Source: an uncultured Gemmatimonadota bacterium
GTDB lineage: Bacteria; GCA-2686955
Assembly (NCBI GenBank): GCA_964490075.1
Contig: CAZBBK010000047.1
Span: forward strand, 1-43,154
Reading direction: 5' to 3'
Length of the DNA: 43,154 bases
The notes beneath the pieces were generated by a model, which was not told the DNA's origin, did not search any database, and saw only the letters and a program-made list of their open reading frames with translations. Position numbers and translations under genes: made by a program. The number at the start of each line of letters is the position of its first letter. The stretch's first letter is position 1. This document shows, in pieces, positions 9,859 to 18,552 of the stretch.

Positions 9859-10392
9859 ATGCACCTCCTTCGACACTCCCAACTGGGTGCCGCCCTGCTC
9901 GTGGCCGCCCTCTGGATCCTCGGAAGCAGCGCCGCGCTCGCCGCCGACGCCAAGACCTACGGTGAGGGGATCGGCGCCGGCACGCCGGTCAAGATCTCCG
10001 AGCTCTACTCGACGCCCGATCCGCATCTGGGCAAGACGGTGCGCATCGAAGGCCGCGTCGTCGGCGTCTGCGAGCACCGTGGATGCTGGATCGAGCTGGC
10101 CTCCGATCGGGAGTTCGAGAGCATGATCGTGAAGGTGGAGGACGGCGTGATCACCTTCCCCGTCGAAGCCACCGGCAAGTGGGCCGTCGCCGAAGGGACC
10201 TTCGCCAAGATCGAGCTCGACATGGAGCAGACCCGGAAGTACGAAGAGCACCAATGCCAGGAGGAGGGTCGGAAGTTCGATCCCGCCCTGGTCACCGAAC
10301 CCAAGGTGCTCTATCGCTTGCAGGGCATCGGCGCGGTCATCTCCGACCAGGCGCCGGCGCCCTCGCCCGCGACTGGCGACCCCGCCTCCTGA
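9859..10392 (+). CDS. Exported DUF4920-like OB-fold protein
   Basis: Signal peptide (AALA-AD); YGEG...GKTVRIEGRVVGVCEHRGCW; AAAGGA RBS. Confidence 0.75.
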   Translation: MHLLRHSQLGAALLVAALWILGSSAALAADAKTYGEGIGAGTPVKISELYSTPDPHLGKTVRIEGRVVGVCEHRGCWIELASDREFESMIVKVEDGVITFPVEATGKWAVAEGTFAKIELDMEQTRKYEEHQCQEEGRKFDPALVTEPKVLYRLQGIGAVISDQAPAPSPATGDPAS

Positions 10393-10409
10393 ACCGCGCC
10401 CGGCAAGCC

Positions 10410-10997
10410 ATGGCCCGTGCCCCCAAACGCCGGCGACGCTTCCGTTGGCGCCGCTGGAACAACATCATCCACCGCGACATGGGCTATTTCTGTGTCGCGC
10501 TCACACTGGTCTACGCGATCTCGGGGATCGCCGTCAATCACGTCGCCGACTGGAACCCCAGCTACCAGATCGAGCGCCGCGCAATGACCTTCGATCCGAT
10601 CGAGATCTCCGATCGCGAGACGATGGTGGCCGAGCTGATCGCGCGCCTCGATCTGCCCCCCGACCCGGTCGACGCCTTCCGTCCCTCTCCCGGGGTGGTC
10701 GAGATCTTCTACCCCGGCTTCTCGATCGAGGCCCAGGCCACCAGGGGGGAAGCGCTGCGGGTCCGGCGCGCGAAGCGGACCGGCTTCTACGAGGTCAACG
10801 CGCTGCATCTCAACGTCCCGAAGGGGATCTGGACCCTGCTCGCAGACGCCTACGCGGTGATGTTGGCGCTTCTGGCGATCACCGGGATCTTCGTCCTGAA
10901 AGGCTCGAAGGGGCTGTCCGGGCGCGGCAAATGGTGGATCGCCCTGGGTTTCCTGGTTCCGGTGCTGGGGTTCTATCTGCTCACTTCGGCGGCTTGA
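10410..10997 (+). CDS. PepSY-associated TM helix domain protein
   Basis: IHRDMGYF...YAISGIAVNH and LHLN...WTLLADAYA...ITG pattern. Confidence 0.8.
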   Translation: MARAPKRRRRFRWRRWNNIIHRDMGYFCVALTLVYAISGIAVNHVADWNPSYQIERRAMTFDPIEISDRETMVAELIARLDLPPDPVDAFRPSPGVVEIFYPGFSIEAQATRGEALRVRRAKRTGFYEVNALHLNVPKGIWTLLADAYAVMLALLAITGIFVLKGSKGLSGRGKWWIALGFLVPVLGFYLLTSAA

Positions 10998-11083
10998 GAC
11001 ATCGCATCGGTTGTTTTCGCGGGAAAGAAAGGCCCGCGCAAGGAGCGCGCCGCCGAGCACCGCGAAGAACGAAAAATATGCGC

Positions 11084-11098
11084 TGATAATCATTGACA
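11084..11098. promoter_or_regulatory. Fur-family-like 7-1-7 box overlapping the -35 element
   Basis: TGATAAT-C-ATTGACA versus TGATAAT-N-ATTATCA: 12/14 matches. Confidence 0.45.
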
Positions 11099-11121
11099 CG
11101 GGCGTTTCGAAAAAGCATGCT
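11093..11121 (+). promoter_or_regulatory. Putative sigma70 promoter of the HAO-family operon
   Basis: TTGACA (11093-11098), 17-nt spacer, CATGCT (11116-11121) in an AT-richer intergenic region. Confidence 0.55.
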
Positions 11122-11252
11122 CCAACGGCTCTCCTGCGCTCCGAGAAGGAGCCGAGACAGCAGCGAACCACCAAGTCGGTGATTCCATTGAATGCCGGTC
11201 GATCCCCAGCTTCTCTCCATCAGAGCCACGACCGCCTTCCGGGAGTAGAACC

Positions 11253-12692
11253 GTGAAGAAGATCCTCAGTGCGCTCGCAGCTGGCGCCTTTGTGGCCTCC
11301 GCCGCTCTTGCCGCGCTGCCAGCCGAGATGTCCGACACCACCAAGGAATGCCTCGATTGTCACCGTGACGACAATCCGGGCCTCTATCAGCAGTGGGGCG
11401 CCAGCAAGCACTACGGCGCCAACGTCGGTTGCTACGAATGCCACCAGGCGGAGAAGAGCGACCTGGATGTGCTGAAAGACGATATCCACGACGACTTCCA
11501 GATCGCCACCATCGTCAGCCCGACCGACTGTGCCCGCTGCCACGAGACCGAGGTGGACGAGTTCGTCAACTCGCACCACTCCAAGGCCGGCCGCATCATG
11601 GGCTCGCTCGACAACCTGCTGGCCGAGGTGGTCGAGGGCAACAACGGTCTGGTGACTCCCGCCTTCCCGCAGGGGATCTCGGCCGCCGCCGTCAACGGCT
11701 GCTGGCAGTGCCACGGCAGTGTGGTGAAGGTCGACCCCAAGACCGGCAAGCTCGATCCCGCCACCTGGCCCAACACCGGCATGGGGCGCGTGAACCCCGA
11801 TGGCTCGGAAGGCTCGTGCACCGCCTGCCACCAGCGCCACGATTTTTCCGCCGCCCAGGCCCGCCACCCCGACAACTGCGGCAAATGCCACCTCGGGCCC
11901 GACCATCCGCAAAAGGAGATCTACGAGGAATCGAAGCACGGCATCGCCTTCTTCGCCCACGAAGACGAGATGAATCTCGAGTCCTCGAAGTGGATTGTCG
12001 GCGAGGACTACACCGCCGCCCCCACCTGCGCCACCTGCCACATGAGCGCCACCAGGACCCAGCCGATCTCGCACAACATCGGTCTCAGGATCAAGTGGAA
12101 CAACCGTCCCCCGCACTCCAAGCTCTCGCACGAGACCGACAAGAAGTGGGGGCTCGACTCGGCCAAGATCCATGCCGACGTGCGTCGCGAGAAGATGGTC
12201 GACGTCTGTCTGAGCTGCCACCAGGACGGTTTCGTGCGCGGCTTCTTCGTGCAGTACGAAGGCCTGATCGATCTCTACGAAGAGAAGTACGCCAAGCCCG
12301 GTGAAAAGCTCTACAAGGCCGCCGCGGCGGTGCTGAAGACCAATCCGAGCTACGCCAAATTCTCGCGTTCCATCGACTTCACCTGGTTCGAGATCTGGCA
12401 CCACGAAGGCCGCCGAGCGCGTCACGCGGCGGCGATGCAGGCTCCCGACTACACCCACTGGCACGGAACCTACGATCTGGCCAAGAACTGGCAGACCAAG
12501 TTCATTCCCGAGCTGAAGGATATCATCGAGGAGTACCGCACATCCGCACCCACCGAGGTGGCCGCGCTCGAGAAGACCCTCGACGAAGTTCTCAACAGTG
12601 AGAACTGGAAGTGGTCGATCAACAAGGAAGACCAGGCGACCAAGGATGCCCGCACGAAACGCCAGAATGAGTTCAGGGCGGGTTATCACTAA
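11253..12692 (+). CDS. Octaheme hydroxylamine oxidoreductase (HAO)-family cytochrome c, probably reductive type
   Basis: Signal peptide; eight CxxCH motifs (CLDCH, CYECH, CARCH, CWQCH, CTACH, CGKCH, CATCH, CLSCH); WPNTGMGRVNPDGSEGS, GPDHPQKEIYEESKHG, WHHEGRRAR...PDYTHWHG. Confidence 0.9.
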   Translation: MKKILSALAAGAFVASAALAALPAEMSDTTKECLDCHRDDNPGLYQQWGASKHYGANVGCYECHQAEKSDLDVLKDDIHDDFQIATIVSPTDCARCHETEVDEFVNSHHSKAGRIMGSLDNLLAEVVEGNNGLVTPAFPQGISAAAVNGCWQCHGSVVKVDPKTGKLDPATWPNTGMGRVNPDGSEGSCTACHQRHDFSAAQARHPDNCGKCHLGPDHPQKEIYEESKHGIAFFAHEDEMNLESSKWIVGEDYTAAPTCATCHMSATRTQPISHNIGLRIKWNNRPPHSKLSHETDKKWGLDSAKIHADVRREKMVDVCLSCHQDGFVRGFFVQYEGLIDLYEEKYAKPGEKLYKAAAAVLKTNPSYAKFSRSIDFTWFEIWHHEGRRARHAAAMQAPDYTHWHGTYDLAKNWQTKFIPELKDIIEEYRTSAPTEVAALEKTLDEVLNSENWKWSINKEDQATKDARTKRQNEFRAGYH

Positions 12693-12714
12693 GGGTTCGA
12701 TCGAATCGCTAATC

Positions 12715-12776
12715 TGCGGATGAAATGGGGGCGGGACGCTTTCGGGCGCCTCGCCCCTTGGTCGGTCATTTCCGCA
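12715..12776 (+). other. Intergenic GC-rich stem-loop after the HAO-family gene
   Basis: GGGGCGGGACGC...GCGCCTCGCCCC core (12728-12757) with outer TGCGGA..AAATG / CATTTCCGCA pairing; no U-tract. Confidence 0.45.
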
Positions 12777-12790
12777 CCGGAGACGCCAGA

Positions 12791-13576
12791 GTGGCCTCCA
12801 TTCCACTGTTGCTGATCCTGTTCTCCACGGCCTATTCGGCCCCTTCGTCCAGCCTGGACGTGCGGACGGCGCGGCGCACCGACACGCTCGAGGAGATGCA
12901 CGGCTACTTCCCCTGCATGGACTGCCACGAGGATCAGGAAACCAATCCCGTGCCGCGCATCCTGGAGGAGGAGCACGAGGCGCCGCTCGAATGGGAGGAC
13001 GACGAGGGCAACACCCATTTCGTCGCCTTCGGCGAGCTGCTGCCGATCGCCGACCTCCTGGGCAAGGGGAGCCTGCAAGGAAGCCGGCGCCGCACCCTGA
13101 TGCGCGTCGGTGAGCGGCTCGAAGTCGCGGAGTACTCCGAGGCCAATGGGCTGAGCCAATCCGACTCCCTCTGGGTGCTGACCCACGGCGCGGCCAATCT
13201 CTGGTGCCTCGACTGTCACAGCCCCGAGGATCGCAACAAGCTGCACAAGCTCAACGGCGAGCTGCTCAGCTTCGACGAGAGCCACCTGCTCTGCGGCCAG
13301 TGCCACGGCCCGGTTTTCATAGACTGGGAGCACGGCGTGCACGGTCGCACCAACGGCTTCTGGAATCGCGCCATGGACGTCGGCGGGACCAGCCGCCGCC
13401 TGCTCTGCACCGAGTGCCACATCCCCCACGCGCCCCGATTCCTGGGAACCACGCCGGAGCCGCCGCCGATCCCGCGCCTCGACAACATCTCCCACCCCGA
13501 GCACCCCGCGGCCCACGGCTCCCATCGCGGGGAGCGTGACGACCTGGGGCCCCATCCGTGGTCCGACAAGCCGTGA
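12791..13576 (+). CDS. Tetraheme c-type cytochrome
   Basis: Four CxxCH motifs (CMDCH, CLDCH, CGQCH, CTECH), DWEHGVHG; hydrophobic signal after GTG 12791 with a GGAG RBS. Confidence 0.85.
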   Translation: MASIPLLLILFSTAYSAPSSSLDVRTARRTDTLEEMHGYFPCMDCHEDQETNPVPRILEEEHEAPLEWEDDEGNTHFVAFGELLPIADLLGKGSLQGSRRRTLMRVGERLEVAEYSEANGLSQSDSLWVLTHGAANLWCLDCHSPEDRNKLHKLNGELLSFDESHLLCGQCHGPVFIDWEHGVHGRTNGFWNRAMDVGGTSRRLLCTECHIPHAPRFLGTTPEPPPIPRLDNISHPEHPAAHGSHRGERDDLGPHPWSDKP

Positions 13577-13610
13577 GGGTTCCGGGCACGACCCGGGAAA
13601 GGGCCCCAAT

Positions 13611-14555
13611 ATGAAGCCCAAAGAGCCAAACCGCCGCCGCACGAGCTGCGGGCCGCGGGTCGATCGGCGCGGCTTCCTGAAGACCGTCGCCGCCACCGCC
13701 GGGGCCGGCTGCCTGCCGATCCTCGGCTGCGACGCCTCTTCGTTCACGTGGGACGAGTTCCTGCAGAAGCACTTCTACGAAATGTCCCGGGAGGAGCTGG
13801 ACCGCGTGGTCCGACGCCTGGAAGAGGAGTACAAGGCGCGCTTCCACAAGGAGCACTTTCGCGTCGCGACCGATCCCGCACTGCCCGGCGTGCGCTTCGC
13901 CTACGCGCTCAATCTCTCGAAGTGCATCGGCTGCCGGCGCTGCGCCGCCACCTGCGTGGAAGAAAACAACCAGCACCGAGGCGGCGAAGAGCGCGGCGAC
14001 CGGATCGAGTACATCCGTGTCCTGGAGATGGAGAAGGGGTCGCTCGACCTGGAGAAGTCGGATCACTACTACGACCACGACGTGCCGGCCGAGGGCAAGT
14101 ACTACATGCCGGCACAGTGTCACCACTGCAACAACGCTCCCTGCACCAAGGTCTGCCCCGTGGAGGCGACCTGGCAGGAGCCGGACGGCATCGTGGTGGT
14201 CGATTACAACTGGTGCATCGGCTGCCGCTACTGCGAGGCGGCTTGCCCCTACTGGGCCCGTCGCTTCAACTTCTCCGAACCCCGGATTCCGGACCACGAG
14301 GTCAATCCCGAGACCCACTACCTGGGCAATCGACCGCGCTCCAAGGGAGTGATGGAGAAGTGCACCTTCTGCATCCAGCGCACCCGCAAGGGGCTCAATC
14401 CAGCCTGCCTCGAAATCTGCCCGACGGGATCGCGCAAGTTCGGCAACATTCTCGATCCCGACAGTGAGATCCGCTACATCATCGAAAACAAGCGCGTCTT
14501 CATCTTGAAAGAGGCGCTCGGCACCAACCCGAGCTTCTACTACTTCTTCGACTGA
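13611..14555 (+). CDS. NrfC/DsrO-like 4Fe-4S protein with Tat signal
   Basis: DRRGFLK; CIGCRRCAATC, CHHCNNAPCTKVCP, CIGCRYCEAACPY, KCTFC...PACLEICP. Confidence 0.9.
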   Translation: MKPKEPNRRRTSCGPRVDRRGFLKTVAATAGAGCLPILGCDASSFTWDEFLQKHFYEMSREELDRVVRRLEEEYKARFHKEHFRVATDPALPGVRFAYALNLSKCIGCRRCAATCVEENNQHRGGEERGDRIEYIRVLEMEKGSLDLEKSDHYYDHDVPAEGKYYMPAQCHHCNNAPCTKVCPVEATWQEPDGIVVVDYNWCIGCRYCEAACPYWARRFNFSEPRIPDHEVNPETHYLGNRPRSKGVMEKCTFCIQRTRKGLNPACLEICPTGSRKFGNILDPDSEIRYIIENKRVFILKEALGTNPSFYYFFD

Positions 14556-14566
14556 GAATTTGGTCC

Positions 14567-15796
14567 ATGTCCGAGCACATTCGTACCTACCCGCGCTTTC
14601 TGCTGGATGCCCTGCGATCGATGTTCAGCGGGTCGGTCGCCTACTTCGCCTGGCTCGCGCTGCTCTCACTGGTGATCGCCGCCGGCATCTGGGGCTACTC
14701 CGAGCAGGTTCGCCACGGGCTTGCCGTCACCGGCATGACCGATCAGGTCTCCTGGGGCATCTACATCGCCAACTTCACTTTTCTGGTCGGCGTCGCGGCG
14801 GCCGCGGTGATGATGGTGATCCCCGGCTACCTCTACGACATCAAAGCGGTCAAGGGCGGCGTGCTGATCGGCGAGCTGGTGGCGATCGGTGCGATCGTGA
14901 TGTGTCTGCTCTTCGTGGTGGTCGACCTGGGGCGGCCGGATCGCATGTGGCACCTGATTCCGGGCATCGGCCGCTTCCACTTCCCGATCTCGATGCTGAG
15001 CTGGGACGTGCTGGTCCTCAACGGGTACTTGCTGCTGAACCTCCACATCCCCGGCTACACCCTCTACCAGCGCTATCTCGGCCGCGGTTTGAAGCCGAAG
15101 TTCTACATGCCCTTCGTCTACGTCTCGGTGGCCTGGGCGGTGAGCATCCACACGGTGACGGCCTTCCTCTACAACGGCCTGGTCGGCAGGCCTTTCTGGA
15201 ACACCGCGATTCTGGCGCCGCGCTTCATCGCCAGCGCCTTCACCGCCGGTCCGGCCTTCATCATCCTGGTTCTTCATGTGGTCCGTCGATACACCGACTT
15301 CGACGTGAAGGAGGAGATGATCCGCTTCCTGCGCATGGTGGTGCTGGTCTGCGGCATCATCAATCTCTTCCTCCTGGGCTCGGAAGTGTTCACCGAGTTC
15401 TACTCCGACAGCACGCACGGCGTGAGCGCTCGCTATCTCTACTTCGGACTCGAGGGCTACAATGCGCTGGTGGGCTGGATCTGGTGCTCGGTGAGCATGA
15501 ACGTCGCCGCGATTCTGATGCTGTTGACGCGGGGTTTCGAAGATCGGGGGGTGGTGCTGCAGAACCTGCCCCTGGTGCTTCTGATCGTGGCGATCTGGAT
15601 CGAGAAGGGGATGGGCCTGATCGTGCCGGGGTTCATCCCGACCCCCTTGGGCGAGATCTTCGAGTACGCGCCGAGCCTGATAGAGACCCTGGTCAGCCTG
15701 GCGATCTGGGCCTTCGGGCTCCTGGTGATGACCCTCTTGATCAAGTTCGCCACCGACGTGGAGACCGGCCGGGTTTCGAGCGAGCGGAGGATCTGA
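14567..15796 (+). CDS. NrfD/PsrC/DsrP-family membrane quinol-interacting subunit
   Basis: GLAVTGMTDQVSWGIYIANFTFLVG, VDLGRPDR, IHTVTAFL, PRFIASAF; about ten TM helices. Confidence 0.92.
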   Translation: MSEHIRTYPRFLLDALRSMFSGSVAYFAWLALLSLVIAAGIWGYSEQVRHGLAVTGMTDQVSWGIYIANFTFLVGVAAAAVMMVIPGYLYDIKAVKGGVLIGELVAIGAIVMCLLFVVVDLGRPDRMWHLIPGIGRFHFPISMLSWDVLVLNGYLLLNLHIPGYTLYQRYLGRGLKPKFYMPFVYVSVAWAVSIHTVTAFLYNGLVGRPFWNTAILAPRFIASAFTAGPAFIILVLHVVRRYTDFDVKEEMIRFLRMVVLVCGIINLFLLGSEVFTEFYSDSTHGVSARYLYFGLEGYNALVGWIWCSVSMNVAAILMLLTRGFEDRGVVLQNLPLVLLIVAIWIEKGMGLIVPGFIPTPLGEIFEYAPSLIETLVSLAIWAFGLLVMTLLIKFATDVETGRVSSERRI

Positions 15797-15862
15797 AGGC
15801 CCTAGCCACGATTTGCGCTTATGCTGGGGGCGAGGCACGGCCCTACTCTCCCCCGAGCAAGC

Positions 15863-17047
15863 ATGAACCCTTCGATTCCTCTCTATCTGGTCCGCCGGGC
15901 AGCGCCAATGCTGGCCGCTCTTCTCCTCTGTACACCCCCGCAGGCGGCCGCCGACGCTCCGCCCGGCTACTACGACGGCGCCAAGGGCAAGACCGGCGCC
16001 GCGCTGCGCAGTGCGCTGCACGATATCATCGACAACCACACCACGATCCCGTTCTCCGGCGGCGGCTACGACACCCACGACGCACTGGAGGATCTGGATC
16101 AGGATCCGGCCAATCAGAACAACGTTCTGCTGCTCTACTCGGGCTGGTCGGTGGCCAAGTCGAGCTGGCCCGATTGGAATCGCGAGCACAGCTGGCCGAA
16201 GAGCTACGGCACCGATTCCGGCCCGCCGCACACCGACATGCACCACATCTTCGCCTGCGACGCCTCGGTCAACACGATTCGCGGCAACAAGTACTTCGAT
16301 GAGGGCGGCAGCTCGGTTCCTTGGGAAGCGCCCGAGTGTCGCTACGACGCCGACTCCTTCGAGCCGCGCGACGCCGACAAGGGCGATCTGGCGCGGGTCA
16401 TGCTCTACATGGACGTGCGCTACTCGGGGGATGCCGGCGGTGAGCCCGACCTCGAGCTGACCGACGACACCTGGCTGATTCAGGCCGACTCGCGCTACAT
16501 GGGCAAACTCTCGACCCTGATCGAGTGGCACGCCCTCGATCCGGTGGACGAGCGCGAGCGGAATCGCCACGAGCAGATCTACAGCGACATTCAGCACAAC
16601 CGCAATCCCTTCATCGACAACGCGAACTGGGTCTACAGCCTGTGGGGCGGAGCGCTGCTCGCGGACTATCACGAGCTGTCCGCCACCACCGGCGGAACCA
16701 TCACTTTTTCGATCGATGCCGGAGCCGGCGAGGGCAATCGTGACCTGCTGCTGTTGGCCTGTGTGTCGGGGACCGAACCCGGGACCTTGCTGCCGGGAGG
16801 GCTGGCGACCATCCCTCTCAACCAGGACTGGCTCACCAACTACGTTATTGCCAACCTGAGCACGCCGCAGTTCCGCGATTTCCAGCAAACCCTGGATCCC
16901 TGGGGGCGCGGCACGGCGGTGCTCAGCGTCACGGATCCCCTGCCGCCGCAGTACTTGCCGGTGGGAACGACGCTCTACTTCGCCTATGCCCTGATGAATC
17001 CCTACGACACAGTTTCCAACGTGATCACGGTGGAGGTGACGCCGTAG
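15863..17047 (+). CDS. Secreted endonuclease I family (Bsn-like) nuclease with extra C-terminal domain
   Basis: Signal peptide; PPGYY..A.GKTG, WNREHSWPKS, TDMHHIF, FEPRDADKGDLAR, QHNRNPFID. Confidence 0.9.
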   Translation: MNPSIPLYLVRRAAPMLAALLLCTPPQAAADAPPGYYDGAKGKTGAALRSALHDIIDNHTTIPFSGGGYDTHDALEDLDQDPANQNNVLLLYSGWSVAKSSWPDWNREHSWPKSYGTDSGPPHTDMHHIFACDASVNTIRGNKYFDEGGSSVPWEAPECRYDADSFEPRDADKGDLARVMLYMDVRYSGDAGGEPDLELTDDTWLIQADSRYMGKLSTLIEWHALDPVDERERNRHEQIYSDIQHNRNPFIDNANWVYSLWGGALLADYHELSATTGGTITFSIDAGAGEGNRDLLLLACVSGTEPGTLLPGGLATIPLNQDWLTNYVIANLSTPQFRDFQQTLDPWGRGTAVLSVTDPLPPQYLPVGTTLYFAYALMNPYDTVSNVITVEVTP

Positions 17048-17061
17048 GGGTCCGCGCCATC

Positions 17062-17910
17062 TTGTGTCTGTTGCTGCTCGCCGGGCGGGCGGCCGGCGAG
17101 GCGGGGAGAGAGCGCGAGCGCAGTGCTCCGGCGCCCTGGGCGCATCTCGGCAAGAGCTCGCGCGAGCTGGTTGGTCCCGAGGCGGCGCTGCTCCAGGGAG
17201 CCGCGGTGGCGGCGACGCTGGCGCTGGTCGAGAGCGGCGCCGACGATTGGGTGCAGCAGCGCCTCCAGGAGAGCAATCCACTGGGACGGGGATATGCCGA
17301 CGCCGCCTACCTGGCGGGCTTCGTGGCGCCGGTGGTGGTGGCGGGGGGGCTCTACTGGAGTGGCCGGCGCGCCGAGGATGCGACCCTGACGAGGGCGGGG
17401 GCGGCGGCGTGTCAGTCGCTGGGGCTGGCGCTCCTGGTGTCGGGGGGCGCGAAGCTGATCTCGGGCCGACGCGGTCCGATCAAGACCGACTGTGGGCTCT
17501 TCTGCGCCGATCCCGCGCAGCGTGCGCAGCGCGCCGACGACTTCGATCTGGCTTTTTGGCGCCGGGATCTGCCCTGGGAGCTGTTCTGGCCCTCGGGGCA
17601 TGCGGCGGCGACCGCCGCCGTGGTGGCGTCGCAGCAAGCCCTCTTTCCCGAGCGGCGGTGGATCGCCTGGGTCGGCTACGGCGGAATGGGGCTGATCGGC
17701 ATCGGCCTGGTGGAGGGGGATTACCACTGGCTCTCCGACGTGGCGGCCGGGCTCTTGATCGGGCACGCGGTGGGCGGAGCCGTGGGACGCAGCTTCGGTG
17801 ACGCGCCGACGGCGCCGCCGGAGGTCGCCGCCGCCGCGCGCGCTCTGGAGCTGCGGCCGGCGCTTCTGGCTCGCGGCGGAGTCGGTCTCTCAGCCGTCTT
17901 TCGCTTCTGA
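17062..17910 (+). CDS. PAP2 family phosphatase
   Basis: K..SGRR, WPSGH and YHWLSDV motifs; start codon uncertain. Confidence 0.75.
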   Translation: MCLLLLAGRAAGEAGRERERSAPAPWAHLGKSSRELVGPEAALLQGAAVAATLALVESGADDWVQQRLQESNPLGRGYADAAYLAGFVAPVVVAGGLYWSGRRAEDATLTRAGAAACQSLGLALLVSGGAKLISGRRGPIKTDCGLFCADPAQRAQRADDFDLAFWRRDLPWELFWPSGHAAATAAVVASQQALFPERRWIAWVGYGGMGLIGIGLVEGDYHWLSDVAAGLLIGHAVGGAVGRSFGDAPTAPPEVAAAARALELRPALLARGGVGLSAVFRF

Positions 17911-18444
17911 GGGCTCCTCGAGCTCGACACCGAGCCCGTCCGCCAGGCGGTTCACGTAGTTGAAGTAGGCCACCACCTGCGCCAGGACCAGGATGTCGGC
18001 ATCGCCCAGGCCCTGAGCGCGCAACGCTTCGAGATCGCCGCGGGCCATCTCTCGCGGGCGCAGCGTGAGCTTCTCGGCGTAGCCGCAGAGCGCTCGCTCG
18101 CGATCACCGATCGGGGCGCTTCGCCAGTCGTCGGCCAGCGCCTCGGACAGCGCGGCGTCCTTGGTCAGAGCACGGAGGGCCCCCCCGTGGTGCACCACTC
18201 AGTAGTGGCAGCCGTTGAGCCCCGAGACCACGACCGCGACCAGCTCGCGCTCGCGCCGCGACAGACCCGAGCGATCGAACATGATGCTGCGATAGAGCGC
18301 AACGTGGTCACGCAACAAGGCCGGGTTCAGGCTGTGGCAGCGCAGGATGTGCGCCACCCGTCCGCCGCCAGGCGCCAGGCGGCGATAGAGCTCGGCGAGC
18401 AATCCCCGTGCCTCGCCCTCGGCGATCTCGAGAATCCAGGACAT
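17890..18444 (-). CDS. AhpD/CMD-family peroxidase-related selenoprotein (CHYU; UGA at 18199-18201 read as Sec)
   Basis: Two ORFs abut in one frame: ...LSRRERELVAVVVSGLNGCHY-TGA-VVHHGGALR...YFNYVNRLADGLGV; hairpin immediately 3' of the UGA. Confidence 0.88.
18171..18189 (-). other. Putative bacterial SECIS hairpin
   Basis: Minus strand CACGGGGGGGCCCTCCGTG forms a 7-8 bp stem with a G-containing apical loop, 9 nt after the in-frame UGA. Confidence 0.7.
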
Positions 18445-18552
18445 GGCGTACGGTAGCATGGTTTTCGAGCGGCGGGCCCGTCGCCATCCCTAGCGGGGGC
18501 TGTTGTCGACGCCTCCGATCTGCGCCACTCGCGCTCCTGCTTCGATCGATCC

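Noticed and set aside
11253-12692. Evidence for ammonia oxidation, anammox, or an nrfA call
   Set aside because: No amo, cycA or hzs genes in the window; the C-terminus is epsilon-HAO-like and there is no CxxCK motif.
14666-17281. 871-aa minus-strand ORF and similar long antisense ORFs (e.g. 33488-35797, 11220-12806)
   Set aside because: They lie opposite well-supported genes and lack recognisable domains.
17890-17892. Second UGA read-through at the end of the selenoprotein
   Set aside because: The domain is complete, there is no Cys-motif context, and the convergent PAP2 gene occupies the downstream sequence.
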